From: Ylistrum balloti
Lineage: Eukaryota
Direction of reading: 5' to 3'
Length of the DNA stretch: 64,000 nucleotides
Assembly: GCF_031769215.1 (NCBI RefSeq)
Contig: NW_026781968.1
Span: 620,001 to 684,000 of the forward strand
Under the pieces are notes generated by a model, which was not told the origin of the DNA, did not search any database, and saw only the letters and a list, made by a program, of their open reading frames with translations. This document shows positions 24,101-36,479 of this stretch, piece after piece (the stretch's first letter is position 1; each line of letters begins with the position of its first letter). The translations under genes were made by a program, and so were the position numbers.

Positions 24101-26822
24101 CCGTGAACAGTTAATGCCTCAAAGGTGGAGAGCATGTCCAGCCAATGTTTCACGGCATGATTCTGACACTAAGGTGACCGCAATTAAACTATCTGTCTGA
24201 TAAGCCAGCCGGTCACATTTAACACAAATTATGTTCTACACTTGAGTGACAAATTTCACTATTAACAAATGGGATACATTTCTTTAGAGATTCAATGCAC
24301 GTCAGGTAATCTATGTCACAAGGCCTTCAAATACCTATGTTTATTACATTTCAATTCAAAATTTTATCAATGTTGCCTTATCTAAAATTAAGATTCAGAA
24401 AATAGTCAAATATTTTCATATCAATAAATGATCTCTTATATACATTGATTAAATTGTGGATTAAGAGTGCCTTCAAACTCTTCGAAAAGAAATTTCCCTA
24501 GGAAATTGATGATTTTACAGTATAAGAGTATTCACTGTTTCAGGAGTAGGAGAGTGGAGAGAAGGTGTTGTGTGTAGTGAGCGTCCATCAGGACAGAACT
24601 CCGTTGGTCATGTATTGAAACCTTGCTGTACAGGACTCCAAGGAGAGTGTCAGCTGTTGTCACACAAACATTGCCAGTTTCTGGAGGGAAGCTTTCATGT
24701 CAATGGGCATGAGCATTGCAGCCAAGTATAAAAACAGTTGTTGAATCAAACTTTCATGCACAAGAAATTATGTCTAGACATTGTTTGTTTTGTTGATTTC
24801 TTGATTGCTTAATTTGAATGTTGATACGTAAAGGTTTGTGTCAAATGGATATTAAAGAATTAACAGTATCCTTAGTCTGTACACAAAAAACAATCTTAGA
24901 CTTCTTGAAATAAATTACGTCAAAATAAAAAAAGAAGGGAAAATGATATATGTGGATCTGCCAGAAGGGAAATAACACCTTTTGATACAAATTTCAAACC
25001 ACACAGTTTCCTATTGCTGACTCTCTGTTCATTTTTTCCTCATTAATTTCTGGTTGGTCTTGTCAATATCTAGGTGGATTTGTCCTGATACTATATCCAG
25101 GATATGACATGTCATTAAGAATTAGCATGACCTTTAATTGACTCCATTGACTGTATAACACATTTGGGTAATGTTGAATATTTTAAGCTGGAGAGAAAAC
25201 ACTGAACAAACAAAGTATTATGGTTCTCTCTTTACTATTTGATCACTACAATAACTGCTGAAATTCATTTAAAATTTGTACTAAAATCATGTGAAACCAT
25301 TAACATCTTGTCAAAAACTAGAAATTAATATTTCTAATGTAAACTTTTGTTTATTGGTATATTTTTTAACATAGGATCCCATTGTTTTGCTTCCTGTATG
25401 TTCAAGGTAAATTGTTTGAGCTCAGTGTGTGGGATGGGAGGATTTGAGCCTGACCACACACACCCATGGCTTCCAAGAGACCCTATCCAGTGGTGGAGAT
25501 TGCCTCTGTCTTTAGTCTATCACCATGGGCTGATTCATGCCATCCTTGTAAGCCTTGCTCAGATTCTTCTATTTAGGAAGATCGAACAGACACTTGGCTG
25601 GCTTCGACTCATCATTGTATATCTTATGACGGGTTTAGGTGGGCTGCTGGTGAGTTAAATTGTATAATGGTCAGAACATTTAAGTAAGCATTATCTGTTG
25701 ACTAAAATTTGGTTTTACCACTAGCCAGATAATAATATTGAATAAATATTTTTATCAGGGACTTCCTGAATAGATAGAACTGACCACAGTGGACTTTAGC
25801 TGTAGTTTATCTAATCATCTGTGTAAACTTTCATGAGAAGGTCAGATTCCTTACCTTAATCTGAATTGTCTCTATATATTGATACCAGGTCACTGCTTTA
25901 ATTGTGGTGTGGTTTAGAACAACGGTTGTTGGTATATTTATCTATTTCATAAACGAACATTGGTGATAATATCAATATCTCCGGACATTTAGGGCAGATG
26001 ATTAGACAAGTGTTATGCATCTTACAGAAATCCACTGTCCTCAATTACTAATATATTCAATGCATCATTTATTAATAAAATACCTCAATCATTAATGATA
26101 TATGCTTAATCTACTGTAAGTTTTAAAGTAAGGTTTTGTATCCAGAAACACAACAAATGGTACAACAATAATCAGAATATGTCCTTAATCTGCTGTAAGT
26201 TGTAAGGTTTTGTATCCAGAAACACAACAATTGTAACAATAATACTTACAATACATCCGTGGATGTATTTTTATTTTACTTCCTTGTAAATCTTCCTTTA
26301 CTGAAATTTAAATGAAAATTTTATGAAATGTCAACTACAAAATGAAGTTTTGAATTTGCCAGTTCTGTCTTCCTGTTTCAGACTGCTGCTATATTCAGTC
26401 CCTATATGCCACATGTAGGTGGTACATCGACTGTGTTTGGGATGGCTGGGTTAATCACTGCAGAACTTGTACACTACTGGCACCTTGTCCAAAAACCTGC
26501 TGTGGAGCTGACAAAGATTTTTTTACTTTTAGTCATCTTCCTTATGTGTGGCACTCTCCCATACATTGACAATTACAGCATTGTGTCTGGATTCCTCTTA
26601 GGTTTCTTCTGCTCTGTCTTCTTTCTTCCTTTCATGTCCTTCAGACAGCAACAGAAACATTGCCGAATCCTCCTCCTTTGTCTTGGTGGACCCGTCATAT
26701 TTCTGGTGTATTTTGTTCTGTTTTATGTTTTCTATAGAGTACAAACATTAGAAGAATGCTCAGGATGTAAACTGTTTAACTGTGTGCCATACACAAAAGC
26801 AATGTGTGATAACTTATTGTGA
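15113..26822 (+). CDS. divergent inactive rhomboid (iRhom/RHBDF-like pseudoprotease), about 950 aa
   Basis: In-frame exons: 14967-15163 (first in-frame ATG 15113), 18676-19929, 20688-20765, 20973-21081, 21795-21961, 22620-22791, 23257-23421, 24544-24725, 25407-25649, 26382-26822; all phases are compatible. iRhom-like motifs: HRTIFTYIL (cf. HRPYFTYWL), NVWIGPS..LISIGALYAPCMR (cf. NFWVGPS..LIHLGAKFSPCIR), GCC, PCCTGLQGECQLLSHKHCQFLEGSFH (cf. [26 protein letters not shown]), SQVNCLSSVCG, WRL, GTLPYIDN, LPFMSF, CVPYTKAMC. The exact start codon is uncertain. Confidence 0.9.
15228..15425. repeat. 31-bp tandem repeat, about 6 copies
   Basis: Unit ATCAATATTAGATATAAAATTGTAACTTTAC, period 31 (15241 and 15272), decaying to the right. 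Confidence 0.9.
15609..17804. repeat. 29-bp intronic minisatellite, about 75 copies
   Basis: Consensus AATAACAAACCTATAGACTAAACAG(T/G)GTT repeated head to tail, with recurring point variants and a few 27-bp units. Confidence 0.98.
21540..21600 (-). mobile_element. Nin-domain-type SINE fragment (reverse copy)
   Basis: AGGTATTCTGGAAGAGTAAGCATCTTCTGCATC is the reverse complement of the GATGCTTACTCTTCC..GCACCT core I recall from molluscan Nin-domain SINEs, and it is complementary to the copy at about 22290. Confidence 0.5.
22170..22400 (+). mobile_element. Nin-domain-type SINE copy
   Basis: Contains GGGTGTCCTCGATGAAACAGAAGATGCTAACTCTTGG. The upstream segment TTGCCTGTTG..TTGTATACCTT..GAATGTGACATT..GATTGACCAA recurs at about 54797-54870. 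Confidence 0.55.
26107..26245. repeat. short intronic tandem duplication (2 copies, period about 79 bp)
   Basis: TAATCT(A/G)CTGTAAGTT..GTAAGGTTTTGTATCCAGAAACACAACAA..ACAATAAT occurs twice. Confidence 0.8.
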
Positions 26823-29800
26823 TGAATAATTCTTAAGGACATAATAATATGTGTTTGTGACAGATTTAAAAAAATTATTTTAGATGTAGTATTGGCGTTG
26901 AAAGCTGTTTTCCTGAAAGAGCCAAGAATTTTTGCACCCCATAACCAGGATTGTTAGAGTCCTTGATGTATGCTCCAAACTTTAACAGACGTAAGATCAA
27001 AAGAGAAAGTTTACATACACTGTTTATGATTTTATGATGTATGTGATATGTACAAGATTTCAGTCTATTTATTTTCTTTCAACTTGTTTCAATATTTTGT
27101 TTTCTTTACAAATAATAGCATAATACAGCAAAATTGTGTTAAAAAGGGTAACATGCACATATTAAGTAAAAGGGTGTAAAAAATATTTACGCTAAAAGAT
27201 GAGAACGTTTTATTTAAATTAATCTACTTTAGGCTTTTCTATTCACACACAGTTGCAACTATTAATCTTTGTCACTAAACTTTGAACTGTATTTTGACAA
27301 AATGTTCGTTGAACAAGTGTTACAGAATTCGCAATAACTACCTTTCTTTAGGTTACATTGTTCATTCCAGTTGATGTTTGAATTGTGATGGAGTTGATAT
27401 ATAATTATAGTAATTATTAAAAAATGGGAATCATCAGGAAAAAAGTGTTGTTTTATGTTTTCATTACACTGTCCAATCTATTATGACGTCACGATAAAGC
27501 AAGCCAATCAGAATCAATCTAATACCTGGCAGTTATATACAATATATATATATTTGTGTAGTGTATGTGATAAAATGCAGTGATGTTGAATAATAAGATA
27601 GCGATAATGCTGCAGGATAAGATAAGACAATGGCATATGGAAAGTGGGACTTCACTTATGATGCTGATTTAAAAGGGGTGGAAAACATGTCAATTTTAAC
27701 TCATTTACGTATTCTTGATTGAAGTGTCATTCACTTTATAAATAAACATTTTCCCTAAATTATCTCGTGATCATGTTATCAGCAGTAAAAGTTATCGTTA
27801 AGCGAACAAACGATTCTATCGGTCATAGATAGGTGATGTATAAAGATATAGAATCTTTATAGTATACATATATACCCACCATTATGTAATTTTGGGAACT
27901 CCAAATTATTGTAAATATTACACATCTGGTAATTTATATTATTGATTTTACTATAGCTTCAAACCTTTTTCTTTGCCAAAATACGAGGGTATATTCTGTC
28001 CGATTTGGACATGGTTATGACACTATTTCCAGGGAAAATTCGGTATTTTATGATATATCGTTTATATCTTTAAATATATATTCTTATTTATAAAACATGA
28101 GGTAGCCATAAAATCCTGATTAACATTAGTTATCAGACAAACATACCGTATTCTTGTCTTAAAGGTCAATATACGGTATTAATGACACCTCTTCTGTTAT
28201 TTTATGACACAAATACGTTACATGTAAATTGAAAACCATTGCTTTGTGACTAGCCCTGATGTCCTATTTTTTTCACCCATAGTAACACGTGATATGATTT
28301 TCTTCTTTGTACTTTTTTGTCTGTCTAGTGCATCTTCTATGTCTTCACAAACAAACTTCTCAACAAAAACATCTTTCTATGAAAATAAAACTCGTAATGC
28401 TTCGTTGAGTGAATATTGGGTAATTTTTTTCAGATTTTATCGTTTTAACCCATGAAAAAGACTCCATAATAACATGCTATCATATATCTACACGAGTGTA
28501 TATCTTGGTTCATCAATTCTTGGAAAACATATTCAATGGCGTAAAAACACGGTTTCTTCGGTTTGGCAGCGAATCTTGTACTGGAAACAAAGTGGAAATG
28601 TTAAAAACGTTCGAATAGATGACACATTTTTGAGAAGTAATTGTAAATTTATTATTATTATTACATTCTTAACGGCCCGTCGACACATAAAAGGTCATTA
28701 GGGCCATCATACTGTAAAACACACAGCGATCCAAAAGGAAATAACATTAAACAAATCAAAAGGTAAAAGACAAATGTTAAAAATCTTAAATGGGTATGTT
28801 AATACAAAATATTAAAATAGTACATCATAGTCCATTATATAGACCAACATCTTTCAGGTAATGTAGAATTTCACAAATCTCAACAGTTTCAAAAAGGGAT
28901 TTTTAGGCATGTAATGTTGCGATAAAAACATTCTCGAGAAGACAGAAGGTCATTGCAGTCCAATAAAAAATGTCTAACGGTGAATGGCTCATTACATCCT
29001 ATGCACTAAGGATTATCTCCGCCTTTCAACATATATGAATGTGTAGGGTATGTATGACCCATCCGAAGACGGCAAGGACAACTTCGTCTCGGTGGTTGTC
29101 TATAGCCTGAAGACCATTCACCGATAACAGGTTTAACGGAGTGCAATTTGTTATTTGTATAGGTATTCCAATCCTCCTGCCACTGAGCTTTTAAAATTTG
29201 TTTAATTACTCAAAAAAATTACAATGATGTGACTTATAAAACAATATGGAGTACTTTATGTTGAAGTCCATATATTACATTCCAAAGGCTACCATGAACG
29301 CTCGTCGTATTGATAATACTTACACTGTATATAAGTTACGTATAAAGAAACACTCATATGATCCAAATTCCAATCGATTTCAAAGCTTTTCAAAAATATA
29401 TTATGCATGCAGCAAATTAGATGGCCTTATCAATGACCAATTACCAAGCTCATGTTTCCAAAACATCATACCATTTCTTCTTAACCTGATAATTTTCGTA
29501 TCTGAAAATACACATTTCAGGCCATGGACATTTCAGTAAAAATTGACGGTCTTTTCATTTCATTTTAGTTGGTAGAACAACTGTTAATGAGCTAGTGATA
29601 AACTGGTAAAGAAAGGTCCTCGCAATACGATGGATATTATAGTAGATTGTACAAAGGACAAGTGAATAACACCTTTCAAAAAATTAGTGTTAGATACAGT
29701 AGAGCCAAGCAATGAATTAAACTGTATCACACAACTGTTTCGTCCTTCTAGGACTCGTCAATGATGCAAAGGGCCTGATTTTGAATCCTAGAAGGCGACT

Positions 29801-31399
29801 AAGGAAACTCCAAAGTGATCTAAAGAAAGTCAAAATCTAGACATGGAGGTGCAGCAGCCCCATAACGAAATAAATTTCGTAAATTTTCTATATCAGATAA
29901 TTTTAAGACAACGTCAAGTACATGTGTATGAATTAAAACGTGGCATGCAGTTTACGGCAAAGCTCAGGAACTTAAAGAAAAGAAGATCAAGAAACTGTTT
30001 CAAAGTGTGGTTTTTTTTTCAAATAAGAGAAGAGTGACTGATTATCAAATTAAGTACGTTAATTTTTAACTTGTCGGCAGGTGTTTGATTATTACAGCAA
30101 TTACTCACTCTTTCATAATGTATATCGATTATATTGTAAATAAAATCTGCTTTCTTTTTATATTTTCAACGTTTATGATGTGTGTTATTTCACTTTTACA
30201 AATCGAAATTCGTCGACTAATGATAAAACAGATAGATGTATTGTTATATGAGACATCCGGCCTTTCGTCCTAAAGATGATGCATCGAGTTAAGATGTATC
30301 GATAATTAAGTCGAAAGGAAGGAGTGTCATTCAAATAACGTAACGTTGACTAGAAACGAAACTAGATCCGGATATGACTTTTTCTTGATTGTCGTTTTCA
30401 TTGTTTATTTGTAATAAACTGAAAGACTAGTTTCTTATGTGTTGTCATTGCTACCAATCAAGTTCAACATTTAAAAAAAATCTTTGAAATTGATAAAGAA
30501 CAAATATTGATAATGTAATCTTTGCCCTGTTCACATAAAGATAGATAATAGGTTGTCAATTTAAACCCTAAGGTGTCCTTGTCCCTTTTAAGTGGTTCCT
30601 TACATGCCTTTGCATAAAGTATACGTATAAATGACACTGTACTACGAAGTGTTACTAACACTATGTAAACGATAATAATTATATATATAACTATACATAT
30701 TCACTGAAAAAGAACAATTTTGATTAAAAAAAAAACCATCAGATACTACACAAGTCATCGCTGCCGATGGTTAGGAACAAAACGACCATTTTTCTCGACC
30801 AATCATTTAAACATTTTGTTTTATCTCATAATCTCATTCATCAACTAAAGCAATTTGCTATAGAAGCATTGCTATAAGTAGTGATTCAAGAATTTACTTT
30901 GTAATTTCATACTTTTTAAAGTTATTGTAGCCATTGTGAATAATACAAACAATTTATATTTAGGAGTCATCAGAAACTTGCCAAATGCTGCAATTCACAC
31001 AAATCACTTCTTACAGCTTCAGATTCAACATCATTCTAAACCAAAATACTTCCGGTATATGTAGGCGTTGGCTGTCCTATGTGCAGACCTCTCGATCAAT
31101 GTAGTGTCGGCGTATAAGAGATTTGCAAATACTCCCACTTATTGTAAGACTTCGAATAAGTAACTTGTTTCGGCTCATCTTAAGATAGTGTATAGTAAGT
31201 ACTCCCACTTGACACCCCCTCGTCAAGTGAGAATCTCCAATCTTCCATTCATGAATTAATCTCTCTTTGTTATCTCTGATTCGACAATGGCCTGGACCAC
31301 TTATACATTGCTCCCTCCTCACCTCGTACACAGAGCATCATGCGTCCTGTTCTAAATATAGCTCAGGCAGTAGAGCTGAATCTGTGTCGTCACATCGTT

Positions 31400-31653
31400 G
31401 GGGAAACCCTGATACATATTTCGACGTGACTAAGGCTGCTGACATCCGAAAACCAGAACCACATCGGTAATGATGCTATATATACTAATACTGTTCAGGT
31501 CGTTTTTGATTGGTCTTTCTCAAACAGAAGCATAACCAACTCTTTAGAAGAGTTTCCAAACGTTTTGTATGTATTCTAGGGTTTCTGCAAGACAAGATTT
31601 TCATGAAACAGAGAATCGAAAATAATCGGTTTCCAAAGTTACTGGTATATAAA
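31400..31653 (+). promoter_or_regulatory. putative promoter of helical cytokine gene 1
   Basis: TATATAAA at 31646-31653, about 90 bp before the ATG, and a kappaB-like GGGGAAACCC at 31400-31409. Motif match only. Confidence 0.45.
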
Positions 31654-31741
31654 CCTAACAAAATGGCAAACCAAAGCAATACGCTTCGAAGATCGTCCAA
31701 GCAAGATCCATTTCAGCAACTAATTGCAACTAATATACAAT

Positions 31742-33767
31742 ATGAAGCAAGGTAAGATATCATTTAAAAGTAACATGTGTATATTAACATATGTAGATAT
31801 ACTGGATACAAATACCACTTGATATCAAGCGAACAACTATATGAAAACTGGATTGTACGTAAACATTAATATTTATTTGAACATTTAATAATGCTAAGCA
31901 AATAAAACACTCACATTTTCTACAAAGAGTTAGTGGATATAGTACAGTGTATAATTATGACGAAACAATACCCTAGTATTACTTCATTTTTTGTTACATG
32001 ATATTATCAATGTTCTCTCTTTTTTATTCTCCGCTGCATTTTATGGACTATCTGCCATTTTGCAAATTTCCTATCTGATTTTTGGAGAAGTTGTAACTGT
32101 TTTTAACATAATCGTCAAAGCTCGCTTCGTAATAAATATATTGTCTTTGAAATTGACTACATAACCCATCAGCTATTTTTTCCTATTTTCTGTTACAGTA
32201 AGTGCTCTCAGTTATTTACTCGTCATTGTCTCCTTCCTGGTCTGTCTTCTCTCGCTCGTAGTGGAGACAGCACCTACCCCTGGATACACGGGGGTATGGA
32301 GAAATCCTTGCGAAGACACCACACCTTCTTTTGAACCCTACAATACAACAAACCAAGAGAAATCAATGGTTTTAAGCGATATCAATACCAATCTCAATGA
32401 AGCAGAAAACATAGCAACCGACATTAAGAATGAATATGTAAGTTTAGTTATACCTGTACGTTGTAGATGTAACATAGTATTTCTCGCTTTAATCTGAGAC
32501 AAATTCATACAAGCTATCAATATGTTTCGGCGATACTTAATTTGTGGATCATTGGTCATCCTTTATAGTAAAGACATCACATAGTAATCTTCCAGAGTCA
32601 TCTGTAATATTCTACAGTGTATATACTTGCTATGGTATGTTATATATGACTTGCTATTTCACAGTATGAAACAAGGCTAATGACTATGTGAAAAATATAA
32701 TCTTGAACGTTTAACATATTGATCTACATAATACAGTACATTTTATAATATCTTGGGTACTTATGGATATAACATTCGGTTTCAGAGATTGCATCGTGTT
32801 GCAAGTCAAGTATCTAACGAGACATGTGTGTCCAACTTTGAGGATAATCTAGACAATATATACTTACACGTTCCCGGATTTCCGGATCTAAGCACGTATT
32901 TCGTTGGTTCCGACGCCATCGCTATCTGCGCAAATGTAAGTGTTCTTCTTCTATTACCAATGCTATGTTTACCAATAGGTTTGATTTGAACACAGTATCT
33001 TTCTATATGTAGAAATCAAACACCATCAGAATATCATAAAGATTTTTTGTTATTGTGATGTGTTTGCTTTTTTAAAAAATTCCATTTCGTGGAAGTATGC
33101 ATGTCGGTTTAACATGAAAAATAAATTATGTACCCTAACCAAGAAATTTCATTTTTGTTTTTATCAATGCTCATACATTTCTTCATTAATCGTATTTAAA
33201 GGGATTCGGTTTTAATCTTCAAAAGTAGTTTTCGATATGTTTCGCTAATATGGCGGCTTTGAGTTAAGGTAAATAAGGCATTTTCCCATGAATCATGCTT
33301 CCATTATTAGATGTGTTCGACTACCATGCTTGCTTTTTAAATCCTAGTCCATTGTTGTTTGGAAGTTAAATTTGTGAACAAATTACAGCAGTGAATAAAC
33401 TATATTATATAATTATATATTGTTGTTACAGATTTCTGCGGCATTGCTACATGATTACAAAAACCTGGTTCGTGTTATGATTTACCTAGAAGAAACCATC
33501 CAGGAAGAACATGATGAAAGCTATGAACAACAGTTGAAGAATCTACATGATGCGATCAAGGGGGTCATGTGTAAATTTCACGTGCTTGAGCAGCCCTGCG
33601 GCCTGGAAGAGCAAGGTCTAAATGTTACCGACATTATCAAACAATACAAAGTATCCCGTCAAAATGAGCGTGATTACCTGTTGATTAGAGATACAATCAT
33701 ACTTATGCGTGGCCTTCATAAAAGGTACAATACATGTAATGCATTGTATAGTAAAACCTCCGGATAA
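31742..33767 (+). CDS. secreted long-chain four-helix cytokine-like protein 1 (IL-6/LIF/Unpaired-like), 244 aa
   Basis: Exons 31742-31751, 32199-32437, 32786-32935, 33432-33767 (phases 1,0,0) with strong splice sites. Signal peptide MKQVSALSYLLVIVSFLVCLLSLVVETA; WRNPC motif; four amphipathic segments (SMVLSDINTNLNEAENIATDIKNEY; AALLHDYKNLVRVMIYLEETIQEE; YEQQLKNLHDAIKGVMCKF; ERDYLLIRDTIILMRGLHKRY). The gene model is solid; the family call is inference. Confidence 0.8.
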
Positions 33768-35348
33768 TTCTAGTCATCACACATTTGTCTCCTAGTTTGA
33801 AACACAAAGCATAAATTGACGTTACCTTGTTTGTATCATTTAGAATGCCAGAACTTTGTTTAAAGTGTTCATTGTATGAATGATGCCAAGTTTTGTATAG
33901 AAATGAATAGCAGTAAGACTGTCAGCTGTTCGCATAAGTCACAATTATCAGTTCAGGAAGTACCACTATACCTTGAAACATGTATGCTATTGTAATGATC
34001 AAGTTACACATCAGTATTTGTGACTGCTGTTTCTGTTTTTTTGTTTTGTTTTTTGTTTTTTATTTGTTAAATATTGTATATATATATATATATATTTGTG
34101 TACTTTACCTGTTTGGACAACTAATATACAAGATATTTGCTTGTTTCCCATAAAAAGTTTCTTCATAATAACCGTTATCAGTATTACTACATACAATGAC
34201 GTGCGCTGTTGGCTAGGATATCATGCTTCATTACTTGGAACGAAAATATTTTGATATTATATATATGTGTGTACGTGAGTGTATTACATATACATAACAT
34301 GTATGTAAGTGGAACAACGTCACAGTATTGACTGTCTTAAGGTTATGGACCATTTGTTCATAGAAAATGTACGATTATATTAATCAATGATGGTTTTTAA
34401 TTTGTTTGTATTTTTATAATGGACATTATTGTTATGTTGGTAATATTTTTCTATTATGATCGTATAATATTGCAAGTTTGTTTTTATTTCAATAAGTGTA
34501 TATGTATTTTTATATCCCTTTTTACTGATTGGTTATATTGACTTCTCAATACGATTGTAAATGAAACTTAGCTTGATTTTTGAAAGAGGTTTTTATGTTT
34601 ATATAAATAAAGCAATTTATTACCAGTTTCTCTCTCGATTATATTTTCCTGGTATGTACTTTTATTCCCGATGTTAATAAATCATCGGATTAAGCAGTCA
34701 ATAGAACCCCACTGCAATAACAACAAATCGATATGTTTATCGTTGTTACGTAAATGAGTGCATGGACGATCCATTACATGTTTTGCACGTGGCGCAACTG
34801 TCGCACGTGCGACAGACAGACAGTCGACAGTGGTGACACATACATGTGTCTGTGTTCGCCTAGCGTTCGATAACTGAATTTGTAAATATCCAAGCTTGCC
34901 AGCCTAACAAATGTGATATTTTCAGTGTGCTAGCTTCAGCGTCCTCTTGCCAGTGAGTCAGTGAGTACAGAATTTGATGAGACAATACGTACAAAAATGA
35001 AATGCCAAAAACCAGTTGTCCTTAACCGAGGTTGTTTTCTGTCAAGATTTTCACTTGGTTTTCCACAATTTAGCCAATAGAATTCTACGCGTGGAAGTTG
35101 CTGCTATTCCACATCAAGCTCGATTCCAAGATAAACATTTTATCCCTTCCAAGTCTTGCATTTCTATTCAAGTATTTTCAAAGATATCCTTATTTCACTC
35201 AATATGTGCAACAAGAGGTCATATATATTCTATTTAGATTTAGATACGTAGTGAACCGCGTGAACGGATGTATTTACTTTGAAGATGATTCTAGGCATGG
35301 CCTCGAGTATAATGATAAATATTATGTAAGAATGAAGATTATTCCATA

Positions 35349-36201
35349 CAGTACCAACTAAAAAAGTCAACGATTTGTATCTGGTAAGTGATTTAGAAGG
35401 AAATTAAGGGATTTGGAAGAGAACTCGGTAATCTGAGATCGAAATGGACTAATTGTTGGAGCTGGCTAGTCAATACCGGCTATGTCCCCCATTCGCTCTA
35501 TCCATAGCCCTGATCCTCCTTGGCATGGAGTTCTTGAGTGAGTTTATCATCCTCATTGGGATGTTTGGACCATTCTTCCAAGAGGACTGCTCTCAGTTGG
35601 GCCAGAGTATCAGGGGGAGACTGGCGCCGTCGAACCTGTGCATGTGCCGCCACCCAAGCCAAACGACACTGCTGACGAGCAGCGGTAAGGGACAGACCTA
35701 CAAACAGGTGACATGCCCGCAGACCAACTTCCCGCAATCGTGTCCTTACAGTTTGTGCATGGTCTGTCAACAACCCGCCCAGTTTCCCTTATACGTCTAT
35801 AGTGCAAATATGGACACCGAAATGTCTGACAACCTGTATTTGCCTTTGACCTTGCATAATTATCGCAGTGGCCTGACCCCTCAAAAACGTCCGTCAGCCG
35901 TGCCATTGTTTAATGTTATCAGAAATTAATCAAAATATCGGAAAATGACGTGTCTCTATGAGGTCTACCTAATGGCATGGTAAGCACTGTAACTCAGTGT
36001 CACAACATTATTGTGCAAGAGATTTTCCCGTTTCGAGCTTTCCCCGGAAGACATCGACACGCAATATAATAATGCAAAATTCAACACAGGACCGCGTGAA
36101 CTGTAATCTAGATAGTTCTTTAACCGATTTTCATTGTTTTTGAATACCGCGCTCACAAGATATTGCAAACAATGTTACACTGCATTTCTTTATCCCTCGA
36201 G
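35349..36201 (-). mobile_element. non-autonomous Tc1/mariner element with an internally deleted, frameshifted transposase
   Basis: The minus strand gives MARLTD..AIIMQGQRQIQVVRHFGVHICTI (HTH), RETGRVVDRP, AQTVRTRLREVGLRA..RLAWVAAH, then jumps directly to RRRQSPPDTLAQLRAVLLEEW..SMPRRIRAMDRANGGHSRY* (stop at 35470-35472). TA dinucleotides flank the inferred ends; the terminal inverted repeats match poorly, so the boundaries are approximate. Confidence 0.88.
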
Positions 36202-36479
36202 TATATATATTTTTACACATTTGGTGCCCTCGTTGTTAAACATACTATTCAATTTGGTATTTTTGGTGTGAAATTAAGCTTGGTGATTAAGCAATATATC
36301 TTTCTATATGGAGTAGGCAGATTCTCCTGAACTTACGACCGTGAACAAGCCAACTTTCTGATTGACATTCGATGAAAATAGTGGAATACGAATGAAAGAG
36401 TTCTACAGATAGGTAAACTTCCTAACTTTCTAATTAACCTTTGGATCTAGATCTACTTCTCAATGTCGATTTGGTAATC

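Noticed and set aside
31510-31755. 81-aa ORF as the first exon of cytokine 1
   Set aside because: It ends in phase 2 at the donor, incompatible with the phase-1 signal-peptide exon. The short MKQ frame fits, and most of the ORF lies upstream of the TATA box.
35453-35929. 158-aa plus-strand ORF
   Set aside because: It is the antisense shadow of the GC-richer Tc1 remnant.
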